Under the pieces are notes generated by a model. The model saw nothing but the letters and a program-made list of their open reading frames with translations, did not search any database and was not told the origin of the DNA. A stretch of DNA of 32,000 bases from Dickeya solani IPO 2222 (GTDB lineage Bacteria; Pseudomonadota; Gammaproteobacteria; Enterobacterales; Enterobacteriaceae), in NCBI RefSeq assembly GCF_001644705.1, contig NZ_CP015137.1, forward strand, positions 4,530,001-4,562,000. Reading direction: 5' to 3'. Below are positions 10,164 through 18,450 of the stretch, in pieces; position 1 is the first letter of the stretch; each line of letters starts with the position of its first letter. A program made the translations under genes and the position numbers.

Positions 10164-11114
10164 ATGTATCACCGCATGGCGCATGAGTCCCAGCCCAACC
10201 CGTTGCTGCCCGGTTATGCGTTTAACGCCTATCTGGTGGCCGGGCTGACGCCGATTCTGGCGGGCGGGCCGCTGGATTTCTTTATCGATCGCCCGGATGG
10301 CATGAAAGGTTACATCATTAACCTGACCATTAAGGGACAGGGTAAGGTGCTGGATGGCGATGACACCTTTTTCTGCAATCCTGGCGATCTGCTGCTGTTT
10401 CCACCCCGGTCGCGCCACTATTACGGCCGCGCGCCCGGTAGCGAAAACTGGTATCACCGCTGGGTTTATTTCCGGCCTCGCGCTTACTGGGCCGACTGGC
10501 TGGAGTGGCACAGCAAAGGGTGTGACGTCGGGCGGCTGACGCTGTCCAGCACCGGATTGTTGCAGGAGTTTGACAAGCTGTTCGCCAATATCGAGCAGAC
10601 TCACCGTTCCGGCCGGCGTTTTGCCGAAGAGCTGGCGATGAATCTGCTGGAACGCCTGCTGCTGCGTGCGATGGAAGAAGATCCGCAGAGCCCGCAGCGC
10701 ATTATGGACCCTAGGGTGATCGAAGCGTGCCAGTTCATTACCGGCAACCTGGCTGGAGAACTGCGTATCGATGAGGTGGCGCGCCACGTTTGTCTGTCGC
10801 CGTCGCGGCTGGCGCATCTGTTCCGCGAACAGGTGGGGGTGAATATTCTGCGCTGGCGGGAAGACCAACGGGTGATTCGCGCCAAACTGCTGCTACAGAC
10901 CACGCAGGAATCAATCGCTGCCGTCGGGCGGGTGGTCGGCTATGACGACCAACTCTATTTTTCCCGCGTATTCCGCAAACGGGTGGGGGTCAGCCCCAGT
11001 GATTTTCGCCGCCGCAACAGTGAAATCCATCATCCGGCGCTGGAAAAACCCGCGGAAGCGGCCATCTGGCGAGGGGAATCACCCGCGCTGCATCCGTGGG
11101 TCGTCACGCCGTAA
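10164..11114 (+). CDS. araC: AraC transcriptional regulator of arabinose genes
   Basis: The track ORF starts at 10131, but AGGAGG sits 4 nt before ATG 10164 ([31 protein letters not shown]...DFFIDRP.GMKGYI.NLTI.GQG...). The C-terminal HTH region is [12 protein letters not shown]...[12 protein letters not shown]. Collinear with E. coli AraC plus a C-terminal tail of about 25 aa. Confidence 0.93.
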   Translation: MYHRMAHESQPNPLLPGYAFNAYLVAGLTPILAGGPLDFFIDRPDGMKGYIINLTIKGQGKVLDGDDTFFCNPGDLLLFPPRSRHYYGRAPGSENWYHRWVYFRPRAYWADWLEWHSKGCDVGRLTLSSTGLLQEFDKLFANIEQTHRSGRRFAEELAMNLLERLLLRAMEEDPQSPQRIMDPRVIEACQFITGNLAGELRIDEVARHVCLSPSRLAHLFREQVGVNILRWREDQRVIRAKLLLQTTQESIAAVGRVVGYDDQLYFSRVFRKRVGVSPSDFRRRNSEIHHPALEKPAEAAIWRGESPALHPWVVTP

Positions 11115-11140
11115 GTATCTGGCGGCTTTATGTAATAAGG

Positions 11141-11163
11141 CATGGCCGCCGACGGCGGCCATG
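11141..11163. other. Perfect GC-rich palindrome/hairpin downstream of araC
   Basis: CATGGCCGCCG-a-CGGCGGCCATG has 11-nt arms and starts 27 nt after the araC stop. There is no U-tract on either side. It could be a terminator-like or REP-like element. Confidence 0.45.
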
Positions 11164-11223
11164 ACCAATACGGATCACGGAACCGTCCGATAACCATCAA
11201 TTTCCCCGATGCTATACTAGGCA

Positions 11224-11262
11224 GTGCATCGCGATACAGCATAAAACGTGATTGCGATGCAC
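11224..11262. repeat. Inverted repeat in the ydgJ upstream/leader region
   Basis: GTGCATCGCGAT-N15-ATTGCGATGCAC, 11 of 12 positions complementary. It begins 6 nt after a TATACT -10-like hexamer (11213-11218) and ends about 60 nt before the ydgJ ATG. Confidence 0.5.
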
Positions 11263-11321
11263 GGCCGTATTTCATGAGGATAACGGGTCTGATTTTCAGA
11301 TCCGCCAATGAGGGGAAATCT

Positions 11322-12371
11322 ATGACGGATATCATCCGTGTTGGTTTGCTGGGCTATGGCTATGCCAGTAAGACGTTTCATGCGCCGCTGATTGCCGCCA
11401 CGTCAGGAATGAAACTGGCGGCAGTGTCCAGCAGTGATGCTGGGAAGGTTCAGGCTGACTGGCCCTCAATGCGGGTTGTGCGCGAGCCGCAGGAATTGTT
11501 CAATGATTCGGATATCGACCTGATCGTAATACCCACCCCGAATGACACCCATTTCCCGTTGGCGCGTCAGGCGCTGGCTGCCGGCAAGCATGTGGTGGTC
11601 GATAAACCCTTCACCGTGACGTTGTCACAAGCGCGAGAGCTGCATCAGCAGGCGGAGCATGTGGGCAAACTGCTTTCCGTCTTTCATAACCGGCGCTGGG
11701 ACAGCGATTTTCTGACGCTGAAGCAATTGCTGAAAACCGGCGTGCTGGGCGATGTGGTGTACATGGAGTCCGCATTTGACCGTTATCGCCCGGAAGTACG
11801 CCAGCGCTGGCGCGAAGACGGCGGCGAAGGCAGCGGCATCTGGTACGATTTGGCTCCGCATCTGATTGATCAGGTGTTGCAGTTATTCGGTCTGCCGGTG
11901 GCGATTCAGGCCGATCTGGCGCAACTGCGGCCGGGCAGCAAGTCCACGGATTACTTCCACGCCACCTTGATCTATCCCCAGCGCCGGGTGGTGGTGCACA
12001 GCACCATGCTGGCGGCGGCGGAAAGCGCCCGTTATATCGTCCACGGCACCCAGGGTAGTTATGTGAAATTCGGTCTTGACCCACAGGAAGATAGGCTGAA
12101 AGAAGGCGAGAAGCCGCAAGCCCATAGCGACTGGGGGCAGGACAGTCGCGACGGCATTCTGACGCTGCACCGTGACGGCGTGCTGACGGAGCAGACGGTG
12201 CCTACCATCCCCGGGCATTATCAATCCTATTACGCCGAGATTCGTAGTGCGTTGCTGGGACGTGGCGACAACCCGGTGCCGGTCGAGCAGGCCATCAACG
12301 TGATGGAGCTGATTGAGCTGGGGCTGACCTCTCATGAACAGAAAAAGGCGATGACCCTGAAAAACAACTAA
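11322..12371 (+). CDS. ydgJ: Gfo/Idh/MocA-family NAD(P)-dependent oxidoreductase YdgJ
   Basis: The track ORF starts at 11142. The homology start is ATG 11322 (MTDIIRVGLLGYGYASKTFHAPLIAATSG...IVIPTPNDTHFPLARQALAAGKHVVVDKPFTVTLSQAREL...), preceded by GAGGGGA. Collinear with E. coli YdgJ. Confidence 0.93.
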   Translation: MTDIIRVGLLGYGYASKTFHAPLIAATSGMKLAAVSSSDAGKVQADWPSMRVVREPQELFNDSDIDLIVIPTPNDTHFPLARQALAAGKHVVVDKPFTVTLSQARELHQQAEHVGKLLSVFHNRRWDSDFLTLKQLLKTGVLGDVVYMESAFDRYRPEVRQRWREDGGEGSGIWYDLAPHLIDQVLQLFGLPVAIQADLAQLRPGSKSTDYFHATLIYPQRRVVVHSTMLAAAESARYIVHGTQGSYVKFGLDPQEDRLKEGEKPQAHSDWGQDSRDGILTLHRDGVLTEQTVPTIPGHYQSYYAEIRSALLGRGDNPVPVEQAINVMELIELGLTSHEQKKAMTLKNN

Positions 12372-12470
12372 TCGGGATTCGTCATGATTTGTGACGGAAA
12401 ACCCCGACCGCAGGGCGGGCTTCAGCCTTGCATTATGGGTGTTTATTGCCGATAGTGGGGCATTGTTTAA

Positions 12471-12501
12471 ACAGGCGATCCTAGGATCGCCTGTATTTTT
12501 T
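12471..12501 (+). terminator. Rho-independent terminator of ydgJ
   Basis: ACAGGCGATCC-ta-GGATCGCCTGT is a perfect 11-bp arm palindrome followed by ATTTTTTAT, 100 nt after the ydgJ stop. Confidence 0.85.
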
Positions 12502-12524
12502 ATGTCTGAGGATGCAAACACGCT

Positions 12525-13526
12525 ATGGCATGGTTACAACGCTTAAAAATTGACAAATTTTTGCTGGTTTTGATTGCGGTGGTGATCACCGCATCTATTT
12601 TCCCGTGCGAAGGCGCGGCCAAGGTTTTCTTTGAGAACCTGACTAATGCGGCAATCGCACTGCTGTTTTTCATGCATGGCGCCAAGCTGTCCCGTGACGC
12701 TATTACCGCCGGGATGGGCCATTGGCGTTTGCATCTGGTGGTGTTTGCCAGCACCTTCATCCTGTTCCCGCTGTTGGGGATTGGCATGGCGTTTCTGTCG
12801 CCGCAGATATTAACGCCGGGGTTGTATCTCGGTTTCCTGTATCTGTGTGCGCTGCCGGCGACCGTGCAGTCCGCCATTGCGTTTACCTCTATGGCGCGTG
12901 GCAACGTGGCCGCCGCTATCTGCAGCGCCTCGGCGTCCAGCATTCTCGGGGTTTTTCTGTCGCCGGTACTGGTCGGCTTGCTAATGCATACCCAGGGAGG
13001 GCAAACTGATACGCTGCATGCAATCGGTTCGATTATCATGCAGTTGATGGTGCCGTTTGTTATCGGTCATCTGTCTCGTCCGCTGATTGGTGGTTGGGTT
13101 GATCGCCATCGTAAACTGATCAATATCACTGACCGGTCATCGATTCTTTTAGTAGTGTATGTGGCGTTCAGCGAGGCGGTGGTACAGGGGATCTGGCACC
13201 AGATTAATGGCTGGTCGCTGTTGGCGGTGGTGGTGTGTTCGTTGGTGCTGCTGGGAATTGTGCTGGTTTGCACTACGCTGGCGGCGCGTAAACTGGGATT
13301 CAGTACCCCGGATGAAATCACCATCGTGTTCTGTGGATCGAAAAAGAGTCTGGCGAACGGTATACCAATGGCGAATGTGCTGTTCCCCGCGGCGGCAGTG
13401 GGCGCGATGGTGTTGCCGCTGATGATTTTCCACCAGATCCAGCTGATGGTGTGCGCGACGCTGGCACAGCGGTATGCGAAGCGCACCGCACCGTCGGGTG
13501 ATTCAGCAGCGGCGACCGAAAAATAA
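12525..13526 (+). CDS. yfeH: Bile acid:Na+ symporter (BASS) family membrane transporter, YfeH-like
   Basis: 333 aa, ...FFENLTNAAIALLFFMHGAKLSRDAITAG.GHWRLHL...LPATVQSAIAFTSMARGNVAAAICSASASS...ITIVFCGSKKSLANGIPMANVLFP...LPLMIFHQIQLMVCA. Long blocks are identical to E. coli YfeH as I recall it. Confidence 0.88.
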   Translation: MAWLQRLKIDKFLLVLIAVVITASIFPCEGAAKVFFENLTNAAIALLFFMHGAKLSRDAITAGMGHWRLHLVVFASTFILFPLLGIGMAFLSPQILTPGLYLGFLYLCALPATVQSAIAFTSMARGNVAAAICSASASSILGVFLSPVLVGLLMHTQGGQTDTLHAIGSIIMQLMVPFVIGHLSRPLIGGWVDRHRKLINITDRSSILLVVYVAFSEAVVQGIWHQINGWSLLAVVVCSLVLLGIVLVCTTLAARKLGFSTPDEITIVFCGSKKSLANGIPMANVLFPAAAVGAMVLPLMIFHQIQLMVCATLAQRYAKRTAPSGDSAAATEK

Positions 13527-13561
13527 TTGATAAATCACGTAATTAAGTGGTCATTCCATTG

Positions 13562-13590
13562 AAAGTAACTATTGAATGGATAGTTACTTT
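13562..13590. repeat. AT-rich perfect inverted repeat after the yfeH-like gene
   Basis: AAAGTAACTAT-tgaatgg-ATAGTTACTTT has 11-bp arms and a 7-nt loop, 36 nt after the stop, followed by AT. It could be a weak terminator or a protein-binding site. Confidence 0.4.
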
Positions 13591-13702
13591 ATGGGATAGT
13601 CAACAAAGTAAATCTTTATTATATTGGACGAATGTGAGGCGGGTTTGTGCGGCTCACAGATACAAGGATATTTCAATTAATCGTTATTTATGAGGGACAT
13701 AC

Positions 13703-14161
13703 ATGTATAAAAAAGTTTTGCTTTCACTGAGTTTGCTCAGTGCTGTCGCCACTTCCCAGGCTTATGCCGCCAACACCGAAACCTGTGTCAAGACTGACGA
13801 GAAAGCTATCGCCAGTCTGTTTGATCGCTGGAATGCATCGCTGCAGACCGGTGATGCCAAGAAAGTTAACGCCAATTATGCCGCTGATGCAGTATTACTG
13901 CCGACACTGTCTGGAAAAATGCGTACAACAGATGCTGAACGTATTGATTACTTTGAGCATTTCTTACCGAAAAAACCTGTTGGTAAAATTGATAACCGCG
14001 TTATCAAAATCGGTTGTAACGAAGCATTGGATATCGGTAACTACACCTTTACCTTCGGCGATAAGTCACAGGCTAAAGCGCGTTACACCTATACCTATGC
14101 CTTCACCGATGGCAAATGGTTGATTAGCAGCCATCACTCGTCTGTACGGCCGCAGGACTGA
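13703..14161 (+). CDS. Secreted NTF2-fold protein (SgcJ/EcaC / CaMKII-association-domain-like, DUF4440-type)
   Basis: 152 aa. It has a signal peptide (MYKKVLLSLSLLSAVATSQAYA), then ...LFDRWNASLQTGDAKKVNANYAADAVLLPTLS...RIDYFEHFL...GNYTF...ARYTYTYAF.DGKWLISSHHSSVRP, the family pattern as I remember it. GAGGGA RBS upstream. Visibly more A/T-rich than its neighbours. Confidence 0.8.
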   Translation: MYKKVLLSLSLLSAVATSQAYAANTETCVKTDEKAIASLFDRWNASLQTGDAKKVNANYAADAVLLPTLSGKMRTTDAERIDYFEHFLPKKPVGKIDNRVIKIGCNEALDIGNYTFTFGDKSQAKARYTYTYAFTDGKWLISSHHSSVRPQD

Positions 14162-14197
14162 TTATACCGGGATAGCGTACGATAACGCTGTCTGTGT

Positions 14198-14234
14198 GAA
14201 AAAAAGCGGATACCTAAGGTATCCGCTTTTTTTA
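14198..14234. terminator. Bidirectional rho-independent terminator (NTF2-like gene / add)
   Basis: AAAAAAA-AGCGGATACC-taa-GGTATCCGCT-TTTTTTTA: a perfect 10-bp stem flanked by A7 and T8 runs, between the convergent stops at 14161 and 14268. Confidence 0.88.
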
Positions 14235-14267
14235 TCGGCAAACCGTGAACCGATTCGCCGGCATGAA

Positions 14268-15281
14268 TCAGGCTTGCCGTTGCAGGGCACGCTGGCGCAA
14301 CAACTGTTTTTCCTGTTCGGAGATAAACGCGACACGCAGTCCGTTTTCCTGAGCCTGACGGATATCCTCCGGCAGCAGACCGGCCTGCGGGGCGGCGACC
14401 TCATATTCATGACGAATTTCGATGCCCTGAACCGCCGGATCATCGGTGTTGATGGTGGCTGGAATACCATGGCGCAGAAAATGCACCAGCGGGTGTTCGT
14501 TCATCGCTTTTACCGTACTGGTTTGCAGGTTGGAGGTCAGGCAGGACTCGATACCAATCTGGTGTTCGGCCATGTACTCCATTAACGAGCGATCGACGAT
14601 GGCGGTCACGCCATGACCAATGCGTTCGGCGCCCAGTTGCGTAATCGCCTGCCAGATGCTTTCCGGACCGGCGGCCTCGCCAGCATGGGTGGTGAGATGC
14701 CAGCCCGCGTCACGGGCGCGGGTAAAGTGAGTCGTGAACAATTCGCCGGGGAAGCCGAGCTCATCACCGGCCAGATCGATGGCGACGATATTGTCCTTGT
14801 GCGTCAGCAATGCGCTCAGTTCCTGTTCACAAGCCTGAGTACCAAAGGTACGGCTCATGATACCGATCAGGCGTATCATGATGTCGTGGTTATGGTCGCG
14901 GCACCCGGCGGTGATCCCATCGATCACCGCTTCCACTACGCCTTCCAGCGGCAGTTGATGGCTGCGGGCCATGTAGTAGGGGGAAAAGCGCAGTTCGGCA
15001 TAATCCAGTCCGGCACGTATGGCGTCTTCAACGTTTTCGTAAGCCACCCGGCGACAGGCATCCAGTGATCCCAGCACGGCCACGCCCCAGTCCAGTTTTT
15101 GCAGAAAACGGAGCAGGTCAGGTTCGTTGTCGACGATCTGGACGTGAGGGCGCAGTGAAGCCAGGTCGTGACCCGGCAGGTCGATAGTAAACTGACGGCC
15201 CAATTCAAGGATGGTCTGAGGACGGATATTACCATCAAGATGGCGATGGATATCCGTCAGCGGAATGTGCGGATTAATCAT
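14268..15281 (-). CDS. add: Adenosine deaminase
   Basis: 337 aa, [30 protein letters not shown]...[10 protein letters not shown]...[25 protein letters not shown]...[12 protein letters not shown]...[10 protein letters not shown]. Collinear with E. coli Add. Confidence 0.96.
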   Translation of the reverse strand: MINPHIPLTDIHRHLDGNIRPQTILELGRQFTIDLPGHDLASLRPHVQIVDNEPDLLRFLQKLDWGVAVLGSLDACRRVAYENVEDAIRAGLDYAELRFSPYYMARSHQLPLEGVVEAVIDGITAGCRDHNHDIMIRLIGIMSRTFGTQACEQELSALLTHKDNIVAIDLAGDELGFPGELFTTHFTRARDAGWHLTTHAGEAAGPESIWQAITQLGAERIGHGVTAIVDRSLMEYMAEHQIGIESCLTSNLQTSTVKAMNEHPLVHFLRHGIPATINTDDPAVQGIEIRHEYEVAAPQAGLLPEDIRQAQENGLRVAFISEQEKQLLRQRALQRQA

Positions 15282-15413
15282 GTTTTACTCGTTTATTATT
15301 AAAAAAATCCATCAGTCAGGCGTTATTCCTCGTCACGCTGGCCTCGTCGCCACCGCACTGTGAGGGACACGGTCTGATAACTCGCTGTGCAGTATAAGAA
15401 TAAAGTCACGCAC

Positions 15414-15441
15414 TTTGCTATTGATTGTTTGCTATTGATTG
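15414..15441. repeat. Perfect 14-bp tandem duplication in the add upstream region
   Basis: TTTGCTATTGATTG occurs twice back to back. An inverted copy of its TATTGAT core (ATCAATA) lies about 20 nt further on (about 15459-15466). It is 130-160 nt upstream of the add ATG. Confidence 0.75.
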
Positions 15442-15604
15442 ATAAAAAGAAATTTGTATATCAATACTGTCATAACACAGGTTTAGCATAAACGCGCCAT
15501 TCCCGCCTGTGTCATGGCATGGCGAGCGGGTACGGTTGAGGGAGAAGCAGAACTGCATTTGACTTAAATTAGTCTAAACGGCGAGGCGCAAGAAAAGGCC
15601 GGCG

Positions 15605-15638
15605 GGTGAGAAACTGGCGCCCGGTTGTCGGGCGCCAG
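15605..15638 (-). terminator. Rho-independent terminator of manA-ydgA
   Basis: CTGGCGCCCG-gttgt-CGGGCGCCAG is a 10-bp GC stem that starts 8 nt after the ydgA stop. On the minus strand it is followed by TTTCTC. Confidence 0.72.
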
Positions 15639-15645
15639 TGAACGG

Positions 15646-17208
15646 TTACGGGCTGACTGACGCGTCCGGCTGTTGTTCTTCCGGCGCGGCCTGGGAATCA
15701 TCGCCTTCTTCAGGCACGTTCTCCGACGGCAGCGTGATGAACGGAGCGATGAACTCCGCCAGCGGAATCTTGCGGCCGTTGAAGGTCACGGCACCGTCGC
15801 TGTACTGCAGCGAGCTGGTGATGGCGTTATCTTTGGTCACAGTAACCTGACTCATCTGTCCGATGTTCGCCATCAGTTGCGCCTGCTGATGTGCCATCTG
15901 CTCCAGCTGTTTTTTCTCGTCAGCAGAAGAGGCTTTCGGCGCGGTCTGCACCATCAGTTCGGTGATCATGTCCAGCGGCACGGTGAGACGGGCATCCAGA
16001 CTTTTCACCGACTGGCGAATAATCGCTTCCTCATCGGACAGATTGCTGGTCGGCGCCGCGTTTTTCTGCAGCGGATCGGTCATATCCAGCGCCAGCGTGA
16101 AAGTACTTTCGCCTTTGGCGTTTTTCCAACTGAACGGTGCAATCTTGACGCTTGGATTGCCTTTCAGCAGTTGCGGCAGGTTATGCAGAACCAGCGCGGC
16201 CAGTTGCTGGTCGTAGACCTCCGGCGTGATCTGGTCGATATTCTGCAACAGCGACTGCAGGTTTTTCTGGTATTCGGTCATGAACTGACGGGTACCTTTG
16301 CCGTCCAGCCCGGAGAAGTTGACGTTCATGTTCAGCGATCCCAGATTTTGGTCGCGGAACAGCGCCGATCCCAGGGTCAGCGTCATCTGTCCTGCCAGGT
16401 TGGCGTCATCTTCCGTGGTGTGATTGACCAGCGAGAAATCGTTCAGCGCCAGGCTATCGCCGCCCTGAACGTCCAGCGCCAGTTTTTTCAGCGTGAGCTT
16501 GACGTCGCCCACGTCGAGGTCGAATTTGCCTTTGCGGGTATCGCTGTTAAGCGCCAGATCCTGCAGCGTCAGCTTTTCGTTCTGTCCCTGCAGATTGGGC
16601 TTCTCCATCGCCAGATTCGCGACATTGCCGATCACTTTACCCGCCCGCAGATCGCCGGCCAGATCCACCAGCAGCGTGGTGCCGCTGAAGTTGACCTTCA
16701 TTTCCGGATTCTGCACGTCCAGCGCTTCCAGCGTGACGGCGGAGTGCGTATCGCCGCTGTAATCGATACGGCTATCGGCGGTGATGAACGGTTTGTTTTT
16801 GGTCAGTTCAAACAGCGCTTTCACCGAGTCGGTGTTGGCCAGTTCGCCGTGCACGGCCGCCATCACCGGTTTCAGACTAAACTGGCTGGCGCTGAGCGGG
16901 AAGGGACCGTGGAAGACGGTCGCGTTAAACACCACTTCTTCGTTTGCGGCCAACAGATGCTGACGGGTGTCGGAACCGTCTGATTGTACCACCAGGGCAA
17001 CCTGGCTTTTGAAGATACCGCGCTGATAGTCGCGGAATGTCACCTTGATGCCCGCTTGTGGGTAGGCGTTTTTCAGCCCGTTGTTCAGATTGTCGGTGAC
17101 TTCGCCAATGTGTTGCTCAATCTGTTTACCGGTAAACCAGGAGGCGCCCCCCCAGGCCGCTGCGAGTGCAATAACGATTCCTGCCGCTACCACTGTTTTT
17201 TTGGCCAC
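15646..17208 (-). CDS. ydgA: YdgA/DUF945-family protein (N-terminal membrane anchor, function unknown)
   Basis: 520 aa with a GTG start preceded by AAGGAA. MAKKTVVAAGIVIALAAAWGGASWFTGKQIE...FHGPFPL...IAPFSWKNAKGES...VKSLDARLTVPLDM...SLQYSDGAVTFNGRK. Collinear with E. coli YdgA and located downstream of manA as in E. coli. It has an extra acidic/proline C-terminal tail. Confidence 0.9.
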   Translation of the reverse strand: MAKKTVVAAGIVIALAAAWGGASWFTGKQIEQHIGEVTDNLNNGLKNAYPQAGIKVTFRDYQRGIFKSQVALVVQSDGSDTRQHLLAANEEVVFNATVFHGPFPLSASQFSLKPVMAAVHGELANTDSVKALFELTKNKPFITADSRIDYSGDTHSAVTLEALDVQNPEMKVNFSGTTLLVDLAGDLRAGKVIGNVANLAMEKPNLQGQNEKLTLQDLALNSDTRKGKFDLDVGDVKLTLKKLALDVQGGDSLALNDFSLVNHTTEDDANLAGQMTLTLGSALFRDQNLGSLNMNVNFSGLDGKGTRQFMTEYQKNLQSLLQNIDQITPEVYDQQLAALVLHNLPQLLKGNPSVKIAPFSWKNAKGESTFTLALDMTDPLQKNAAPTSNLSDEEAIIRQSVKSLDARLTVPLDMITELMVQTAPKASSADEKKQLEQMAHQQAQLMANIGQMSQVTVTKDNAITSSLQYSDGAVTFNGRKIPLAEFIAPFITLPSENVPEEGDDSQAAPEEQQPDASVSP

Positions 17209-17265
17209 GCTATATATTTCCTTGTTGATTCACGGTTTCGTATCCCTCATCGGGAGTAGACAGTT

Positions 17266-18450
17266 TTATACCATTAAAGGCCGGTTATAGACGCGGGCAA
17301 TCTGACCCTGCCCCTGAACCTGAACCGGTGATTCGCTGGCGGAGATAAAGCAGGATTCGCCTGGCAGCAACTTGACCTGTTGAGCCCCTTTTTCCAGCAC
17401 CGCCTGACCTTCGACGCAAAAGATAATCGCTGCACTCTGCTGGCTGATCGTCTGCGGCGCATCGGTAAGATAATGCAGTGAAAAGGCAAAGTCATCGACC
17501 GGAATAGGGAAACTCAGCTCGTTGGCCGTTTTTATCGGCGAGGTGAGCAGAGAAGCGGCAGGTTTCGATTCGAAGCGGACGTTGGCGAGCAGTTCGGGGA
17601 TATCAATGTACTTGGGCGTCAGGCCGGCGCGCAGGACGTTGTCCGAATTGGCCATCACTTCCAGCGCCACGCCCTGAAGGTAGGCATGCGGGGTTTCGGC
17701 ATACAGGAACATGGCTTCGCCGGGTTTCAGCGTGACGACATTCAGCAGTAGCGGAGAGAACAGACCGCCGTCATCGGGATAAAACCGCGCAATAAATCGG
17801 ATGGTGTCCCAGGGTTCGCCGTGTTGATGGTCCAGCACGCGTTTCAATTCTGCGATGGCCAACGCTTTCTGTTCGCCGTTCATGCTCAACAGGCTGGAGA
17901 ACAGCGTTGTCAGCGTCTGGCTATCCGGACGCTGCAAAAATGCGGCGATCGCCGGATGAGCATCCGCCAGCGGTTGCAACAGCCTGGCGATATCAGCCAG
18001 CTCGCGAAAGCCGTTCATCGCCAGATAAGGCGTGAGTGCGAAGACCAGTTCCGGTTTGTGGTTGGCGTCCTTGTAATTGCGTTGAGGAGAGTCCAGCGCG
18101 ATACCGGCGGCATTTTCCCGAGCGAATCCCACCTCGGCGGCGGATTTATTGGGGTGTACCTGAATCGACAGCGGCTGTTCGGCGCACAATACCTTGAACA
18201 GGAACGGCAACTCGCCAAAGCGCTGGGCCACCGCGTTACCCAGAAAACCGGGTTGATCGCTATTGATCACATCCCGCAGATTGTGCGCTTGCCCTTGTTC
18301 GTCAAGCAGCAGGGAACTGCTTTTCGGATGTGCGCCCATCCACAGTTCGGCCATGGGAAGGTTGTCTGGGTTTTCAATTCCATACAGTTCAGTTAACGCA
18401 TGTTTACTGCCCCAGGCGTAATTCTGCACACTGTTGCGCATTTTTTGCAT
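17266..18450 (-). CDS. manA: Mannose-6-phosphate isomerase (type I PMI)
   Basis: 394 aa, MQKMRNSVQNYAWGSKHALTELYG.ENP...PMAELWMGAHPKSSS...FLFKVLCAEQPLSIQVHPNK...HAYLQGVALEVMANSDNVLRAGLTPKYIDIPEL. Collinear with E. coli ManA. Confidence 0.96.
   Translation of the reverse strand: MQKMRNSVQNYAWGSKHALTELYGIENPDNLPMAELWMGAHPKSSSLLLDEQGQAHNLRDVINSDQPGFLGNAVAQRFGELPFLFKVLCAEQPLSIQVHPNKSAAEVGFARENAAGIALDSPQRNYKDANHKPELVFALTPYLAMNGFRELADIARLLQPLADAHPAIAAFLQRPDSQTLTTLFSSLLSMNGEQKALAIAELKRVLDHQHGEPWDTIRFIARFYPDDGGLFSPLLLNVVTLKPGEAMFLYAETPHAYLQGVALEVMANSDNVLRAGLTPKYIDIPELLANVRFESKPAASLLTSPIKTANELSFPIPVDDFAFSLHYLTDAPQTISQQSAAIIFCVEGQAVLEKGAQQVKLLPGESCFISASESPVQVQGQGQIARVYNRPLMV

Noticed and set aside
12530-12552. 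Second Ter-like core (GGTTACAACGC, i.e. GCGTTGTAACC) at the start of the yfeH-like gene
   Set aside because: It shares only the GTTGTAAC octamer. Three of the flanking core positions conserved in Ter sites (the T and A preceding GTTG and the T following AAC) are mismatched.
10152-13039. Other long antisense ORFs (10152-10868, 11883-12521, 12500-13039, 13067-13486)
   Set aside because: Each is the reverse frame of a well-supported gene (araC, ydgJ, the yfeH-like gene). None has recognisable domains.
13633-13658. TGTGAG-N14-CTCACA upstream of the NTF2-like gene as a CRP site
   Set aside because: The half-site spacing (14 nt) is incompatible with the TGTGA-N6-TCACA geometry of CRP. At most it is a 6-bp inverted repeat.
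15673-16983. 436-aa plus-strand ORF opposite ydgA (the longest shadow ORF in the window)
   Set aside because: It lies entirely within ydgA, which is collinear with E. coli YdgA. The translation is Arg/Gln/His-rich without motifs and there is no RBS. I checked whether it could be an overlapping gene and found nothing to support that.
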